A stretch of 60,066 bases of DNA from Verrucomicrobiota bacterium (GCA_018898455.1 JAHIJO010000166.1:1-60066); one strand, 5' to 3'; counted from the first letter of the stretch, positions 17,955-28,079 are shown. Translations and numbers: made by a program. The notes: a model not told the origin generated them from the sequence alone.

Positions 17955-19166
17955 ATGAATCAAACCCAAGCATGGACTGAGCGCTTGCGGGCTGTTATCC
18001 CGTGGGGCAGCAGCACCTGTTCCAAGGCGGCGAGTTATATGCCGGACGAGCCGGGCGTGATCGTGCGGGGCAAGGGATGCCGCGTATGGGATGCGGACGG
18101 CCGCGAGTTCATCGATTATCGGAATTCGCTGGGACCGGTAACGCTGGGTTACTGTTTTTCGGCGGTTGATAAGGCCATCCGCGAGCAACTGAAAAACGGA
18201 ATCATCTTCGGTCATCCTCACCCGCTGGAGGGTGAAGTTGCCGAAATGATCTGCGATTGCATTCCCTGCGCAGAGCGGGCGCGTTTTCTGAAAACCGGCG
18301 GCGAAGCCATCGCCGCCTGCATTCGGCTGGCGCGCTTTCACACTGGTCGGGAGCATGTGGTCCAAATCGGCTACAACGGCTGGCTTAACAGCCTGGCCAG
18401 TGGCGGACGGATCCTGCCCGGCATGGCGGCGGCGGCGACCCCGCCCGGTGTCCCCGCCGCCTTGAGCGCCCTGCACCATGCCTATCAATGGAATGACGCT
18501 GAAGGATTGGATACCCTGTTCGCGAAATCCGGCGACACCATCGCGGCGGTCGTAGTTGCCGCCGACTATGTCAGCATGCCGTTGGGCAAGACGTTTTATC
18601 CTTTCCTGCGCGAGCTGACCCGCAAATATGGTACGGTGCTGATTTATGACGAAATCGTCACCGGGTTCCGTCTGGCAATCGGCGGTGTTCAGGAATATTT
18701 CGGTGTCGCGCCCGACTTGGCGGTGTTCGCCAAGGGGGTTGCCAACGGCATGCCGCTTTCCGTCTATTGTGGCCGAGCCGAGATCATGGACAAGCTGAAG
18801 ACGGTGATCGTCTCCTCCACGTATGGCGGAGAATCCCTGTCCCTTGCGGCGGCGAAGGCGGCCATCACGACTTATCGGACCCGGAACGTGATCGGGCATA
18901 TCTGGGCCAAAGCCGAAACGCTCTGGCGCGGGGTCAATGCCTTGTTTCAACAGCATGGCATATCGGCGGAACTTGTCGGCTATTGGCCATGTCCCCTAAT
19001 AAATTTTGCCCCCGATGCGTCCCCAGACCTCTCCCAGCAATTCTTCCGAGCCGCCTATCGCCACGGCGTTTCCCTGTTTTCGGTTCCTTACGTCAACTTC
19101 AGCCACCAGGACACGGATATTGCCGAGACACTGGAACGGCTTGAAAAGGCAATCCGGGAATTATGA
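17955..19166 (+). CDS. Class III PLP aminotransferase (GSA-aminomutase-like)
   Basis: GCRVWDADG, FLKTGGEA, DEIVTGFR, FAKGVANG and SSTYGGE motifs. Confidence 0.88.
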   Translation: MNQTQAWTERLRAVIPWGSSTCSKAASYMPDEPGVIVRGKGCRVWDADGREFIDYRNSLGPVTLGYCFSAVDKAIREQLKNGIIFGHPHPLEGEVAEMICDCIPCAERARFLKTGGEAIAACIRLARFHTGREHVVQIGYNGWLNSLASGGRILPGMAAAATPPGVPAALSALHHAYQWNDAEGLDTLFAKSGDTIAAVVVAADYVSMPLGKTFYPFLRELTRKYGTVLIYDEIVTGFRLAIGGVQEYFGVAPDLAVFAKGVANGMPLSVYCGRAEIMDKLKTVIVSSTYGGESLSLAAAKAAITTYRTRNVIGHIWAKAETLWRGVNALFQQHGISAELVGYWPCPLINFAPDASPDLSQQFFRAAYRHGVSLFSVPYVNFSHQDTDIAETLERLEKAIREL

Positions 19167-20680
19167 TCGTTGATATTCATACGCACAGCGATTCATCGCT
19201 CGGCGTCCGAAGTCTGGCGCCGATCCGTGAACAGTGCCGACGTAACGGCGTGACGCTGGTCCTTCTGTGTTCGCTTGGCCGCTGGAGCCATTATCCCGGG
19301 ACAAAGGAAGTTCGCGAGGCCAATGATGAAGCCTGTGCCTGTGCCGAGCAGTCGGAAGGCTTGGTCCGCTGGCTTGCCTATCTCAACCCGCAGAACGCCA
19401 ATTGGCGCCAGGAACTGGACCGCTGTCTTACCCAGGGGGCAATCGGCATCAAACTCTGGGTTTCACTGAAGGATGAACACGGCCGTTTGGACAATATGGC
19501 AGCGGTCATTCCATACGCCGCTGAAAAGGGACTGCCGATTCTCATCCACACGTTCCACCGGACGGACAATAACCTCCCTGGCGAAATTACGTTGGATGAA
19601 CTCGGTCTGCTGGCAAAACGTTTTCCTCGTGCCACGCTGATCGCCGCGCATGTCGGTGCGCACTGGCGCCTCAGTTTGAACATACTCCGCCGCTTTCCCC
19701 GCAACGCGCTCGTAGACATCAGCGGCTGTTTCCCGGAACAGGGCATGGTGGACGCCCTCGTGCGAGCAATGGGCGCCGAACGGATTCTTTTCGGCAGTGA
19801 TCTCCTGGGACGCTGTCAAGCCTCGCAACTGGCCAAAGTGGTTTTCGCTCATGTTTCGCCCCGAGCTAAAAAAGCCATTCTCCGGCAAAACGCCGTACGG
19901 GTTTTCGGGTTGAAATCGATCCCGCCAACGCGCGCGATAAAGCCCCGGCTTCGGCTTCGCCTGCCGGATGCCCGAACCGATCATTTCTGCTTCTGCGGCG
20001 CCTGGCCGTTCTTTCCAACATCGGCCCGCACGCCGCAAGCGCTGAACCGGGTGTTGGAGAATGCGGGGATTGTCAAGGCCTACACCGGCGATCTTGGCAG
20101 TGTGTTTCGGCTGGATCTGAACAATGCCAACGGCGAGTTTGTCCGTGCCTGTCGCGGCGCCGACCGCATTGCGCCGCTGGCCGCATTGAACCCCAGTGCA
20201 ATCGATTGGCGTCCGACTCTGGCGGCGCTTGATGCTTCATTCACCGGTGTCATCCTGTATCCGTATCTGCACAACTGGCGGCTGGACAATCCGGAGCATA
20301 TTGAATTTTTCAAGGCATGTGCGGCGCAACGGATTCCGCTCTGGATCAATTGCGCGCTGGGTGATTATCGGTTCCGGCATTCCGGCTTGGCCTGTCGGCC
20401 GGTGATCAAAGATGAACTGACCGGTTTCGGACGGATTGCGCCGCACAATGCTTACGTTATCCAAGGCGCCACGGGCGATATGATCGCGGACTTCATGAAG
20501 CGCATGCCCGCAAGAAGTCGTTTCCGTTTCGAGTTTTCGCGACTCACGGATGTCTCCGGCGCTTTGGCGCAAGCTGTGCGCCAGTTCGGCCTGGCTCCGT
20601 TCGTGATGGGCAGCGAGTTCCCATTGCGTGACATTCGTGCGACCTGCTGGGTTGCGGATCGGGAGCGGCGGATCTTTTAA
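19163..20680 (+). CDS. Double-domain Amidohydro_2 family protein
   Basis: DIHTH, GIKL, ILIH, AH and RILFGSD in domain 1; GAWPF, ALNP and MGSEFP in domain 2. Confidence 0.8.
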   Translation: MIVDIHTHSDSSLGVRSLAPIREQCRRNGVTLVLLCSLGRWSHYPGTKEVREANDEACACAEQSEGLVRWLAYLNPQNANWRQELDRCLTQGAIGIKLWVSLKDEHGRLDNMAAVIPYAAEKGLPILIHTFHRTDNNLPGEITLDELGLLAKRFPRATLIAAHVGAHWRLSLNILRRFPRNALVDISGCFPEQGMVDALVRAMGAERILFGSDLLGRCQASQLAKVVFAHVSPRAKKAILRQNAVRVFGLKSIPPTRAIKPRLRLRLPDARTDHFCFCGAWPFFPTSARTPQALNRVLENAGIVKAYTGDLGSVFRLDLNNANGEFVRACRGADRIAPLAALNPSAIDWRPTLAALDASFTGVILYPYLHNWRLDNPEHIEFFKACAAQRIPLWINCALGDYRFRHSGLACRPVIKDELTGFGRIAPHNAYVIQGATGDMIADFMKRMPARSRFRFEFSRLTDVSGALAQAVRQFGLAPFVMGSEFPLRDIRATCWVADRERRIF

Positions 20681-20793
20681 TTTCAGATTGCATCGTCCGG
20701 CTGCCCCAACTATGATTCTCCGGTTGTGATCTCTTTCCGTTCGGAGCGGGATAAGTTCCGTTCAGGCGCAGAGTAAGTTGCCTTAGGTGCCAA

Positions 20794-21594
20794 ATGAAGA
20801 TTATTAATCATAAACAATTTCGTCCGGTCGACTTTCATAATCATGTGTCGGGAAAGAACGGCAAACTTGATCGTGAGAATGCAAAGTCCGTGAATGAGGC
20901 TGTTGCCGCCCTCGGAATTGACAAGGCCTGTGTTTCCTGTCCGCTGAATTCCGATTCGCCCACGCCCGATGAGTTTCATGCGAGCAACGACGTGGTTTTT
21001 GAGGCGATGACTTTTTCAAAGCGTTTCCTGGGGTTCTGTTTTGTCAATCCGGGTTACGCCCGCGAAAGCCTTGCCGAAATTGAGCGATGCGTCGTCCGCG
21101 GCGGAATGATCGGCGTTAAATTATATCACCAGTATTTCATCTGCGATCCCGCCTTACAACCGGTCATGGAATACGCCGCAGAACTTGGAATACCCGTCCT
21201 GATGCATGCCGGCAAGTTGACGGATTCTGGCGCTAAGTTCCAGCCGCGGCTCAGTAATGCGGGTCATTTTCTCAAAGCCACGGAAATGTTTCCTCAAACC
21301 ATCCTGGTCCAGGGGCATATCGGCGGCGGGGGCGACTGGGAATGGAATTTGCGAACGCTGGAGGCATTGAGTAGGTCTTCAAAATATTATCTTGATACCA
21401 GCGGAAGCGTGATTGATGCCGGTATGATTCAAAAGACCGTGGCAATATTGGGAACAGAGCGCGTCCTCTTTGCAACCGACATGTCTTTCGAAGAGGGGGT
21501 CGGCAAGGTTCTTGACGCGGGGTTGTCTGAAAAACAGCTTCAAAAAATATTTTCAGATAATTATTACAAGATATTATCCGAACGGAGGGTATGA
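20794..21594 (+). CDS. Amidohydro_2 family metal-dependent hydrolase
   Basis: DFHNH, VNP, GVKL, VLMH, GHIGGGG and RVLFATD motifs. Confidence 0.88.
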   Translation: MKIINHKQFRPVDFHNHVSGKNGKLDRENAKSVNEAVAALGIDKACVSCPLNSDSPTPDEFHASNDVVFEAMTFSKRFLGFCFVNPGYARESLAEIERCVVRGGMIGVKLYHQYFICDPALQPVMEYAAELGIPVLMHAGKLTDSGAKFQPRLSNAGHFLKATEMFPQTILVQGHIGGGGDWEWNLRTLEALSRSSKYYLDTSGSVIDAGMIQKTVAILGTERVLFATDMSFEEGVGKVLDAGLSEKQLQKIFSDNYYKILSERRV

Positions 21595-22373
21595 TGCTTT
21601 TTGATATCAATACCGCAACGGGCCATTGGCCGTTCCGCCGGATTCCCAACCAGACCATTACCGAACTGAAACGGTTGTTGAAGAGCAAGGGAGTTACCGG
21701 TGCGGCGGTTGTCAATACGAACGGATTATTCTATCAGAATTGCCATGACGCCAATGTTGAGTTGGCGAAAGCCATTGATCCGCACCGCGATTATTTCGCC
21801 GGAGTCGCCGTGTTAAATCCTCTCTTTCCGGCCTGGGAGCGCGATTTGGAAAACTGCGCCGGCAAATTGGGTTTAAAGGCGCTGCGGCTTGTTCCCCAAT
21901 ACCATAATTACAGGCTGGATAGTCCTGGAGTTCTGGCGATCGTCAAAAAAGCCGCGATTCTTAAACTGCCTGTTTTTATTCCCCATCGGGTTGTGGATGT
22001 TCGGGGGCGTCATTGGATGGATACGGAACAAACCGTTAATCTTCATGAAGTCGGGGCTCTTTGCCATGCGGCGCCCGAGGCCAAGGTTGTTTTTACCGAG
22101 GCATCGGTTAATCCGGAAGAACTGGTTGACAAACGCGGACGCCGGCATTATCCGAATCTTTATTTTGAAATATCCCGCTGGCATTCCGTTATGGGGCAGC
22201 ATGTCAAGCAGATGGTCAAAATGATCGGATATGATCACATTCTTTTTGGTTCTGGTGCGCCATTCAAGGAAATTACTCCGGCCCTCTTGAAACTTCAGCA
22301 TGCTGCGCTAAACTCCAAAGCAATGAATGCCATTGCCTGTCAAAATGCCGTCCGTATTTTACGGCTTTCGTAA
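21591..22373 (+). CDS. Amidohydro_2-like protein with degenerate metal site
   Basis: DINTATGHWPFR instead of DxHxH; VLNP, LVPQYH and ILFGSGAP motifs; 4-bp overlap with the upstream gene. Confidence 0.8.
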   Translation: MMLFDINTATGHWPFRRIPNQTITELKRLLKSKGVTGAAVVNTNGLFYQNCHDANVELAKAIDPHRDYFAGVAVLNPLFPAWERDLENCAGKLGLKALRLVPQYHNYRLDSPGVLAIVKKAAILKLPVFIPHRVVDVRGRHWMDTEQTVNLHEVGALCHAAPEAKVVFTEASVNPEELVDKRGRRHYPNLYFEISRWHSVMGQHVKQMVKMIGYDHILFGSGAPFKEITPALLKLQHAALNSKAMNAIACQNAVRILRLS

Positions 22374-22420
22374 ATCGATCAGAGGATGGGTCGCCGACTA
22401 TAATCACAGGAAGGGTAGTT

Positions 22421-23269
22421 ATGAAACTCGATGCCAACGCGAAGTTGATGGAATTATTTTCGCTGGAAGGAAAAATCGCCGCGATCACTGGCGCCGGCGG
22501 CGTGCTCTTTGGCGCCGTGGCTTGCGGACTGGCCGAACTGGGCGTGAAGATCGCCAGCCTGGATCTCCGCCTGGCCGAGGCTCAAAAAACCGCCGATGCT
22601 GTCAAGGCTCAAGGCGGCGACGCCCTCGGCGTCGAAATTGACGTCCTCAAGCCGGACAGTGTTGCCCAGGCCCGGGATGCTGTCCTTGCCCAATATGGTC
22701 GCGTGGACATTCTGATCAACGGCGCCGGCGGCAACCATCCCAAGGCGACCACCAACAAGGAAGCCGGCGTGTTTTTCCCCGACCTATCGGTGGACGGCAT
22801 ACGGTTCGCCTTCGACTTGAACATCATGGGCACCGTGATCCCCTCCATGATCTTCGGGAAAGTCATGATCCAACAGAAGGAAGGCATCATCATCAATACG
22901 TCCTCCATGAGCGCGGAGATGCCGCTATCACGCGTCATGGCCTACTCGGCGGCCAAGGCCGGCGTCAGCAATTTTACGAAATGGCTGGCGGCGGACATGG
23001 CCATGAACCATTCGCCGAACATCCGCGTCAACGAAATCCGGCCCGGGTTTTTCCCGACTCTCCAGAATGCCGAGTTGATCAACAAAACGCCCGGCATCCT
23101 GACCGCCACGCGCGGCTCCGATATTCTCGGGGGCACACCGATGAAGCGCTACGGCAAACCGGAGGAACTGGTCGGCGCCATCGTGTACCTGTGTTCGCCC
23201 TCGGCCAGCTTCACCACGGGCAGCAGTATAGCCATCGACGGCGGGTTCGGTTCGTTTTCGGGGGTCTAA
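22421..23269 (+). CDS. SDR, D-mannonate oxidoreductase (UxuB-like)
   Basis: TGAGGVL, INGAGGNHPKATT, YSAAK, PGFF and TPMKRYG motifs. Confidence 0.85.
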   Translation: MKLDANAKLMELFSLEGKIAAITGAGGVLFGAVACGLAELGVKIASLDLRLAEAQKTADAVKAQGGDALGVEIDVLKPDSVAQARDAVLAQYGRVDILINGAGGNHPKATTNKEAGVFFPDLSVDGIRFAFDLNIMGTVIPSMIFGKVMIQQKEGIIINTSSMSAEMPLSRVMAYSAAKAGVSNFTKWLAADMAMNHSPNIRVNEIRPGFFPTLQNAELINKTPGILTATRGSDILGGTPMKRYGKPEELVGAIVYLCSPSASFTTGSSIAIDGGFGSFSGV

Positions 23270-23289
23270 AGGATTGAAAATAAAGCCAT

Positions 23290-23351
23290 AGCCGGTATAC
23301 CCGCCTGCAATCCGTCAGCCGACGGATAGCACTGCGGGCAGGAAACCGGCT
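23290..23351. repeat. Nested palindrome AGCCGGT-[CCCGCCTGCA-(TCCGTCAGCCGACGGA)-TGCGGGCAGG]-ACCGGCT
   Basis: Shares its middle module with 15056 and its inner module with the 3985 and 26751 REP copies. Confidence 0.65.
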
Positions 23352-23459
23352 CTACCCGTATGATGCCCAAGGTGGTAGGGCAGGCCCCGCCTTGCGGGGT
23401 AAACTTTACGCTCGCCACGCGTTTGTGGCGTGGCCTGCAATTTTCAAGGATGCATTTTT

Positions 23460-24422
23460 ATGAGTTACCAGGTGATTATTGCCGACGATCGTTATCCGCA
23501 TTACCAGGAGGAGACGGAAGTCCTGCAACCCATCGGGGCCGCCATCGTCAACATCAAGAGCCAGGCGCCGGTGGACCTGCTTAACGCCTGCCGCCAAGCG
23601 GACGGCATCATTGTCAATCTGGCTTCGATGACAGCGGACATCATTCGCGAACTCGCCAAATGCAGGATCATCTCCCGCTACGGCGTGGGCTATGACAATG
23701 TGGATGTCAAGGCGGCTACGGCCCGCGGCATCTGGGTGGCCAATGTGCCGGATTATTGCGGTGAAGATGTCTCGGACCAGGCGCTGGCCCTGCTGATGAG
23801 CTGTGTGCGCAAGGTCGCCCTGCGGGATCGCCAGGTTCGCGCCGGAGTATGGAACATCCAGAGCGCAGGCCCGCAGTGGCGCCTGAAAGGTAAAACCTTC
23901 GTCCTGTTCGGGTACGGCCAGATTGCCCGGATCTTGCACCGCAAGCTGGCGGGATTCCAATTGGGACGCGTCCTCGTCGTGGATCCGTTCGTGGATGCCG
24001 AAGTCATCCGGGCCGCCGGCGCCGAGAAAGCGGATTGGGACACCGCCCTCCACGAAGGCGATTTCTTTTCCATCCACATGCCGCTGAATGACCAAACCCG
24101 GGGTTTGTTCAACGAAGCAATCTTCCGGAAAATGAAATGCACCGCCATTGTAATCAACACGTCACGCGGCGGCCTCATCGATGAACGTTCGCTGGCCAAG
24201 GCTCTTGCCGAAGGCTGGATCAACAGCGCCGGGCTCGATGTATTCGAAAAGGAACCGATCAACGCCGATAATCCCCTGCTCACGCTGGATAATATCACCG
24301 TGTCCGGCCACACCGGCTGGTACACGGAGGAATCCCAGACGGAATTGAAACGGAAGGCGGCGGAAAACGTGCGCGATGTCCTGACCCGGGGCAAGCCGAA
24401 ATATGCGGTGAATAAGATTTGA
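23460..24422 (+). CDS. D-isomer 2-hydroxyacid dehydrogenase (CtBP-like)
   Basis: RYGVGYDNVD, NVPDY, GYGQIA, HMPL, NTSRG, LDVFEKEP and HTGWY motifs. Confidence 0.92.
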   Translation: MSYQVIIADDRYPHYQEETEVLQPIGAAIVNIKSQAPVDLLNACRQADGIIVNLASMTADIIRELAKCRIISRYGVGYDNVDVKAATARGIWVANVPDYCGEDVSDQALALLMSCVRKVALRDRQVRAGVWNIQSAGPQWRLKGKTFVLFGYGQIARILHRKLAGFQLGRVLVVDPFVDAEVIRAAGAEKADWDTALHEGDFFSIHMPLNDQTRGLFNEAIFRKMKCTAIVINTSRGGLIDERSLAKALAEGWINSAGLDVFEKEPINADNPLLTLDNITVSGHTGWYTEESQTELKRKAAENVRDVLTRGKPKYAVNKI

Positions 24423-24486
24423 ATTAGGCCCTGATAATGGATAACTGTAATCAGTTGAAAACCATCGAAAGGAGAAAACGTCGCCC

Positions 24487-25452
24487 ATGAACGAAATCCT
24501 GCAACAGATCGCAAACCTGGGGATTGTCCCCGTGGTGAAAATCGACAACGCCAAGGATGCCGTTCCCCTTGCGCAAGCGCTGAAGGACGGCGGACTGCCC
24601 CTGGCCGAAATCACGTTCCGCACGGCCGCCGCCGAAGAATCGATCCGTCAAATCTGCGCCGCCTGTCCCGATATGCTGGTGGGCGCCGGGACGGTATTGA
24701 CAACCGACCAGGCGGAACGCGCCATAAAGGCCGGTGCCCGGTTCATTGTCACCCCCGGCTTCAGCCCGGCCGTCGTCAAGTATTGTCATGAGCGGCAGAT
24801 TCCCATCACCCCCGGCGTGGCGACCCCGACCGAAATCCAGATGGCGCTTGAACACGGGCTCGATGTAGTGAAATTTTTCCCGGCGGACGCTTTCGGCGGA
24901 ATCAAAACATTGAAGGCCATGAGCGCTCCGTTCGGGGCGGTGCAGTTCATTCCCACCGGCGGCATCAGTGCGGCTAATCTTGCCGAATACATCCTTTTCC
25001 CCAAGGTGCTCGCCTGCGGGGGGAGTTGGATGGTCAAGGACGAACTGATCAAGGCGGGTAAATTCGACGAAATCACCCGTCTGACGCAAGAGGCCATCAA
25101 CGTAATGCTTGGGTTTGACTTGGGCCACATCGGGGTGAACACCGCCGATGCTGATGCTTCCCTGGGCTTAACCCGGCAATTGTCCTCAATGTTCAACCTG
25201 GCGCTGAAGGAAGGCAACAGCTCCAACTTTGCCGGAAAAGTCCTGGAAATCAATAAGAGCCAGGGTTTGGGCGCCCACGGACATATCGCGATTGCCACCA
25301 ACAGCATCGCGCGCGCCATAGCCTGGCTGACGCGTAAAGGGGTGGCCGTGGATATGAATTCGGCCAAGAAAGATGCCGGCGGATCCATCGTGGCCGTGTA
25401 TTTAAAGGATGAATTCGGCGGATTCGCCGTGCATTTGCTGCAGAAGAAATGA
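24487..25452 (+). CDS. eda: KDPG/KHG aldolase with C-terminal extra domain
   Basis: EITFRT, GAGTV, KFFPA, PTGGI and GGSW motifs, plus a tail of about 110 aa. Confidence 0.92.
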   Translation: MNEILQQIANLGIVPVVKIDNAKDAVPLAQALKDGGLPLAEITFRTAAAEESIRQICAACPDMLVGAGTVLTTDQAERAIKAGARFIVTPGFSPAVVKYCHERQIPITPGVATPTEIQMALEHGLDVVKFFPADAFGGIKTLKAMSAPFGAVQFIPTGGISAANLAEYILFPKVLACGGSWMVKDELIKAGKFDEITRLTQEAINVMLGFDLGHIGVNTADADASLGLTRQLSSMFNLALKEGNSSNFAGKVLEINKSQGLGAHGHIAIATNSIARAIAWLTRKGVAVDMNSAKKDAGGSIVAVYLKDEFGGFAVHLLQKK

Positions 25453-25567
25453 ATTTTTTGCCGGGCAAATAATTCATAGCGTCCCGCAGCGGGGCGACGG
25501 CAATAGATAAGATTTGTTGGCATTTTACGATTTGCTGAACACTGAACACCTAAGCAGGAGGTTTGTT

Positions 25568-26599
25568 ATGAAACAGCGCGTCGTTACCTTCGGAGAAATC
25601 ATGTTGCGTCTGAAATCGCCCGGCTTCGAACGTCTGTTTCAATCGCCGATGCTGGAAGCCACCTTTGGTGGCGGAGAAGCCAATGTGGCCGTGTCCCTTG
25701 CCAATTTCGGAGTGAATGCGGCGTTTGTTACGGTGCTCCCGAAAAACGAAATTGGCGACGCGTGCTGGGTCGAACTGCGCCGGTTCGGGGTGGACACTTC
25801 GCTGATTGCCAGGGGATCCGGCCGCATGGGCATTTATTATGTGGAAAGCGGGGCCAACCAGCGGGGGTCGAAAGTCGTATATGACCGCGCCCACTCCTCC
25901 ATCGCCCTGGCCAAACCCGGCTCCCTGGACTGGAAGACTATTTTCGACGGCGCCACCTGGTTCCATATCACCGGAATCACACCTGCCATCAGCCAATCAG
26001 CCGCCGACCTGTCGCTGGAAGCCGTCCAAACCGCGCGCAAGGCCGGCCTGACCGTTTCCTGTGACTTCAATTACCGCGGCAAACTGTGGAAATACGGCAA
26101 GCCGGCGCCGGAAGTCATGGGAGAATTGGTGAAGCACGTGGACATCGGGATCGCCAACGAGGAAGACTGCCAGAAATCCCTGGGCATTAAAGTGGCCGTG
26201 GACGTGAGCAAGGGAGAGCTGGACTCGTCCCAATATAAAGCGCTGGCGGAAAAAGTCCTTCAGTCGTTTCCCAACTTGAAGATGATCGCCGTGACCCTGC
26301 GCGAAAGCCACGGCGCCGATCACAACGGCTGGTCGGCCTGTCTGCATGATCGCAATCAATTCCTACTCAGCCGCAAGTATGACATCACTGATATTGTCGA
26401 TCGGGTCGGCGGCGGCGATGCCTTCGCCGCGGGACTTATCTTTGGCCTGATCGCCGGGCGTAAACCAGAGGATGCCTTGAATTTTGCCGTCGCCGCCAGT
26501 TGTCTGAAACATTCCATTCCCGGCGATTTCAATCGGGTCACCGTGGACGAAGCGGATAAACTGTGCGGGGGAGACGCCTCCGGCCGGGTTCAGCGGTAG
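25568..26599 (+). CDS. kdgK: 2-keto-3-deoxygluconate kinase (PfkB family)
   Basis: [30 protein letters not shown] and DRVGGGDAF motifs; follows eda. Confidence 0.9.
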   Translation: MKQRVVTFGEIMLRLKSPGFERLFQSPMLEATFGGGEANVAVSLANFGVNAAFVTVLPKNEIGDACWVELRRFGVDTSLIARGSGRMGIYYVESGANQRGSKVVYDRAHSSIALAKPGSLDWKTIFDGATWFHITGITPAISQSAADLSLEAVQTARKAGLTVSCDFNYRGKLWKYGKPAPEVMGELVKHVDIGIANEEDCQKSLGIKVAVDVSKGELDSSQYKALAEKVLQSFPNLKMIAVTLRESHGADHNGWSACLHDRNQFLLSRKYDITDIVDRVGGGDAFAAGLIFGLIAGRKPEDALNFAVAASCLKHSIPGDFNRVTVDEADKLCGGDASGRVQR

Positions 26600-26750
26600 G
26601 AGACTGTCGGACGTCGGTTTCGCCGAGTCTTCCATCCTCCTGATTGAATTTCGGATTCCCTGACTTTACCATGCGCCGTGTATGAAAAATAATGGTAATG
26701 GGTCAGTTATTTTTGGGAGGACTGGTTGGATATATGCTGATTTTCCGGTT

Positions 26751-26834
26751 GTAGGGGTCGTTCGATAGAACGGTCCGTCAGCTGACGGATTGCGGTTCTT
26801 CCCGCTAGGAGCGGGACAAGTACGAAATGGCTAC
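26751..26834. repeat. GTAG...CTAC REP-like element, copy 3
   Basis: Modules nearly identical to the 3985 copy (TCCGTCAGCTGACGGA, TCCCGCTnGGAGCGGGACAAGT). Confidence 0.75.
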
Positions 26835-26874
26835 ACCCCCAATAAATAACCCATTACAAATAACAGGTGATTCC

Positions 26875-27840
26875 ATGATGCAATTCCATCGCGGTCAAGT
26901 TAGTATCCTTTTTCTTGCAGGTCTGACCATTGCGCTCTGCCAGGCTCCCGCTCCTCTTCTCGCCGCCAAACTGGAAACACGCAGTGCCAACCCATACCTG
27001 GGTGCCATTGTCATCGATGCGGACACCGGCCAGATACTGTTCGAGGATAAATCAGACGCCAAGGGCTACCCGGCCAGCGTCCTGAAACTGATGGACCTCC
27101 TGATCATCCTGGAAAAAGTGCAGGAAGGAAAACTGACCTTACAGGACAAAGTCACCGTGACCGCCGAAGCCTCGAAAATCGGCGGGTCGCAAGTGTACCT
27201 CAAGGAAAACGAGGTGTTCACGGTGGATGAAATGCTCTATGCCCTGATGGTGCAGTCGGCCAACGACGCCGCCACGGCGCTGGCCATCCATGTGGCGGGG
27301 AGCAAGGAAGGATTTGTGGCGCTGATGAACGAACGCGCCAAGGCGCTCGGCATGAAATCCACGGCGTTCCATTCCATCCATGGCCTGCCTCCGGGCAAGG
27401 ATCAACAGGTGGACATTACCACGGCTCGCGATCTGACCCGCCTATGCCGGGAAGTTCTGAAACACCCGGACACGATCCGTTACACCTCCACGCGGGAACG
27501 CGGTTTCCGCGACAACAAGTTCATCCTGCGCACGCATAACCGCCTGATGGCCAATTTCGAAGGCTGTGACGGATTGAAGACGGGTTTTTTCGATGAAGCG
27601 GGCTTTTCCATGGCCGTCACGGCGAAACGGGACGACACCCGCCTGATTGCCATTGTGCTGGGAAGCATGGACCGGAAAACCCGGGATCGCAAAGCGGCGG
27701 AATTGCTTTCCAGTGGATTCCTCAAAGCCCCGAAAAAAGAAACCGTCACGCTGGCGACCAATGTCCCGCCGGCGACCAGGAATGCCGCGCCGGTTCCCAG
27801 TGAAAAACATGGCTGGTGGCGTTTTTTGACTGGAAAATGA
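26875..27840 (+). CDS. D-alanyl-D-alanine carboxypeptidase (peptidase S11)
   Basis: Signal peptide; SxxK (PASVLK), SxN (SAND), HGL and KTG motifs. Confidence 0.92.
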   Translation: MMQFHRGQVSILFLAGLTIALCQAPAPLLAAKLETRSANPYLGAIVIDADTGQILFEDKSDAKGYPASVLKLMDLLIILEKVQEGKLTLQDKVTVTAEASKIGGSQVYLKENEVFTVDEMLYALMVQSANDAATALAIHVAGSKEGFVALMNERAKALGMKSTAFHSIHGLPPGKDQQVDITTARDLTRLCREVLKHPDTIRYTSTRERGFRDNKFILRTHNRLMANFEGCDGLKTGFFDEAGFSMAVTAKRDDTRLIAIVLGSMDRKTRDRKAAELLSSGFLKAPKKETVTLATNVPPATRNAAPVPSEKHGWWRFLTGK

Positions 27841-28079
27841 TCTGTATGGCTTGGTGTGAGATTTTTCGCTTTCTGAATTGAATTAGGTCCCAGGCAGCTA
27901 TTTTATATGCGAGGCGACATTAACGTCACTCGGACCACTCGACCGTCTCCGTTATAATCGCCGAATACCCTAACACCGCCCGGTGCCGCAAGCTCGCCCG
28001 GCGCCGGCGTTGGTATGGGCTGGGCTCCGTGTTAATCGGGGGCTTCCAGGTAAATATTTTATGGCGTGCGCGGGATGCT

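Noticed and set aside
17955-19166. Calling the aminotransferase hemL
   Set aside because: The context is catabolic with no tetrapyrrole genes, and the HemL-typical YHG motif reads YNG.
27903-28031. GC-rich stem or start-less minus frame (LAAPGGVRVFGDYNGDGRVVRVT) considered as 6S RNA or a gene
   Set aside because: No recognisable ncRNA motifs and no start codon; at most a tiny remnant of a surface-protein repeat.
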